Below are positions 62,090 through 64,000 of a stretch of DNA of 64,000 bases, piece by piece. Within the stretch, counting starts at the first letter, position 1, and every line of letters begins with the position of its first letter. The translations under genes and the position numbers were made by a program. The notes beneath the pieces were generated by a model. The model worked only from the letters and a program-made list of their open reading frames with translations, did no database searches and was not told the origin of the DNA. Origin of the DNA: Albugo candida (lineage: Eukaryota); contig JBDOQK010000004.1 in assembly GCA_040437565.1 (NCBI GenBank), forward strand, positions 744,001 to 808,000, written 5' to 3'.

Positions 62090-64000
62090 TTAGCAAAGCT
62101 GAGACTTCAATTCCCGTAACTTTGCAACAGCGTTTTCAGCCGATGGACGTTTGGATGGATCTATAGACAGACAACTGGCAATCAGATCGCGTAGCTCTTG
62201 AGGTGCTTTCAAAAGGGCGGGAGCATTTTCATGAGGTGCGAGCGTCTCACCGAGTTGCATTTTATTGACCAACATGCAATCGGCCAATGTACTACCAATC
62301 TCATCGACCATGTACTTGAACGGTCGAGTACGCGTCCAAATCTCTCCGAGAATCACACCAAACGCGTACATGTTGGCAAGTCGAGGATCCATATTCTTGG
62401 TCTTCATGATGATTTCCGGGGCGGACCAAGGGATATCGCCTGTGCCAAAAGAATTCTCCAACGTACCAGTGCTTAGTAGGACACGACTTGAGCATGGAAC
62501 GCAGTGGAATAGACTCATTTTGCATACATTGGCGTCATTGACAAATATTGTTCGACTAGAAAGCTGACGGACATACGCTTCGGTATCGGCAGAATGGAGA
62601 TACTGAAGTGCTTGAGCGACATCCAAACACATGCTGAATTTGTGAGAGGAATTGAGTCGGTATTCTGCGTCAGCTAAGACGGTTGCTAAGGTTCCCTGCT
62701 CCAAGTATTCGGTCACAATGGAATAATCGGTTCCTGCGATCCAACTGACACCAATCATACTCACGATATTCTCATGTTGAAGATGTGCAACTTGCTTAGA
62801 GTATTGGATAAGTGCTTCCGTTGCGGCGGGATCGTTGTATTCAGCTTCGACGCGCTTGACAACGATACGTCTGCTTTCCATTTCTGCTATCCAAATGTTG
62901 TTGGGACTCATACTTTTTCCAAGTGTGATGTCGTTCTGATTGAGTTCGATTAGACCTGTTGTGTCTTCGACGGAAGGGACAGAGTTTTTCTCATTCTTTC
63001 TTAGTAATTCAGTTGACGCGGTTTCGCTCGACGTTGGCGAGATATCTTCTGAGCGAAGAAGTCTGCGAACGACGAATACGGCAAGCAGGATCCCAATCAG
63101 ACATGCGGCAATGATGAAGACGACCACCATCGTACTTGCCAGTGGTGTATTTCCTCGAGGTCTCGATATTCTCGGCTCATTAATCGTATCCAAATGTCGA
63201 AATGTTGCGTGCTTTGATGGAGAATTCTCAAGGCAGACTAAATGCTTCCTTTGATGCGATTGTTGTTGGAGACCCAAATTGCAATTTGCATGGAAAAGAA
63301 TCGACGACGAAAGCCGTAGGCGTTCGAATGTTTGCATCAGTTTGCTGTACACATTGTCGGTGACAATTGTGACACTTTCTTCCTCGAAAGTAATTCCATC
63401 ACTGTAGTGAGAACTCTACTCAGTCGATGAGAATGAACGCATACAACTTGAGGACGTACATTTCAATGTGTACATTGGGATCGAGACGTTGGATGAATGC
63501 CGGAATCGTCGGTAAGATCAGTCTTGGCGATCTATAAAATCGTCTTCTTCAATACGCGCATGTGGAATCGGATGGGACGACACGTACATTTGTATCTCTT
63601 TGGGTGGGTCCTCTGCAAAGTCCAAAGTCGTCAGATACGAATCGATGATTTCCCTTCACATGCAAAGGCATTAGACACAATTCTGTAATTATTCAAATGA
63701 TCAAATAAACTCACAAACGCTGTATCGATGACGGTAATCGCAATCGCACACTTGAGTTCTGAAAGGTAACGCCGTGGAAGGATCTTTCCAAAAACAGCAT
63801 TAGCGCTTCTTTTCACTGAGATATAATATCGCACGTACAAATGACGGAGTGCTGATAGCTTTCGGAATGCGTTTTCGGAGATAGCAATCACAGCTGAGGC
63901 GGCTTGATTGTTGCTAAATGACCTGAAAGTAGCGCTTGCATGAGTTTTGTTTTCTTCATTACGGTACATACGGCGAGAACGTACAAGGACGAGAGTAATG
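62090..64000 (-). CDS. Receptor-like TKL pseudokinase with TM helix and probable LRR-like ectodomain; 5' end beyond the window
   Basis: TM VVVFIIAACLIGILLAVFVV; kinase fold (IVVKR, HENIV, WSAPE, FGVILGE, RPSA) lacking HRD and DFG. Upstream short exons bounded by GTACGT donors encode ISENAFRKLSALRHL-type segments. Confidence 0.75.

Overview
Eukaryotic, oomycete-type scaffold with short (~50-60 nt) GT-AG introns and seven 100-N gaps. The compact layout, retained flagellar genes and a CxxC..G (CCG/CHxC-type) secreted protein suggest the white-rust genus Albugo (inference). Gene-dense blocks (1-11.4 kb, 24.9-37.3 kb, 43.4-64 kb) hold conserved genes: SNF2 helicase, phosphate and amino-acid transporters, CFAP210, WNK, Tctex, FHIP, small Tim, cyclophilin, INTS8, EFHC/Rib72, RPL21, CTD phosphatase, ankyrin-FYVE, mitochondrial carrier, Nup88, PHD-JmjC-like, START-FYVE, CABLES, JmjC-Tudor, LSM/NAA38 and a receptor-like pseudokinase. 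Two gene-sparse islands (11.5-24.9 kb, 37.3-43.3 kb) hold candidate effectors, pseudogenes and TE relics. The best lead is at 11-14 kb: a small secreted protein occurs in two versions differing at 19 non-synonymous vs 3 synonymous codons. One version is split by a ~250 bp near-perfect foldback element whose removal, or splicing, restores the reading frame. Also notable are a modular multi-CCG effector, GH6 and GH3 relics, a degenerate gypsy element containing a tRNA-like palindromic insert, and a two-cysteine small Tim. Five gap-flanking duplications appear identical and are treated as assembly artefacts. All family calls are by motif recognition; no searches were run.
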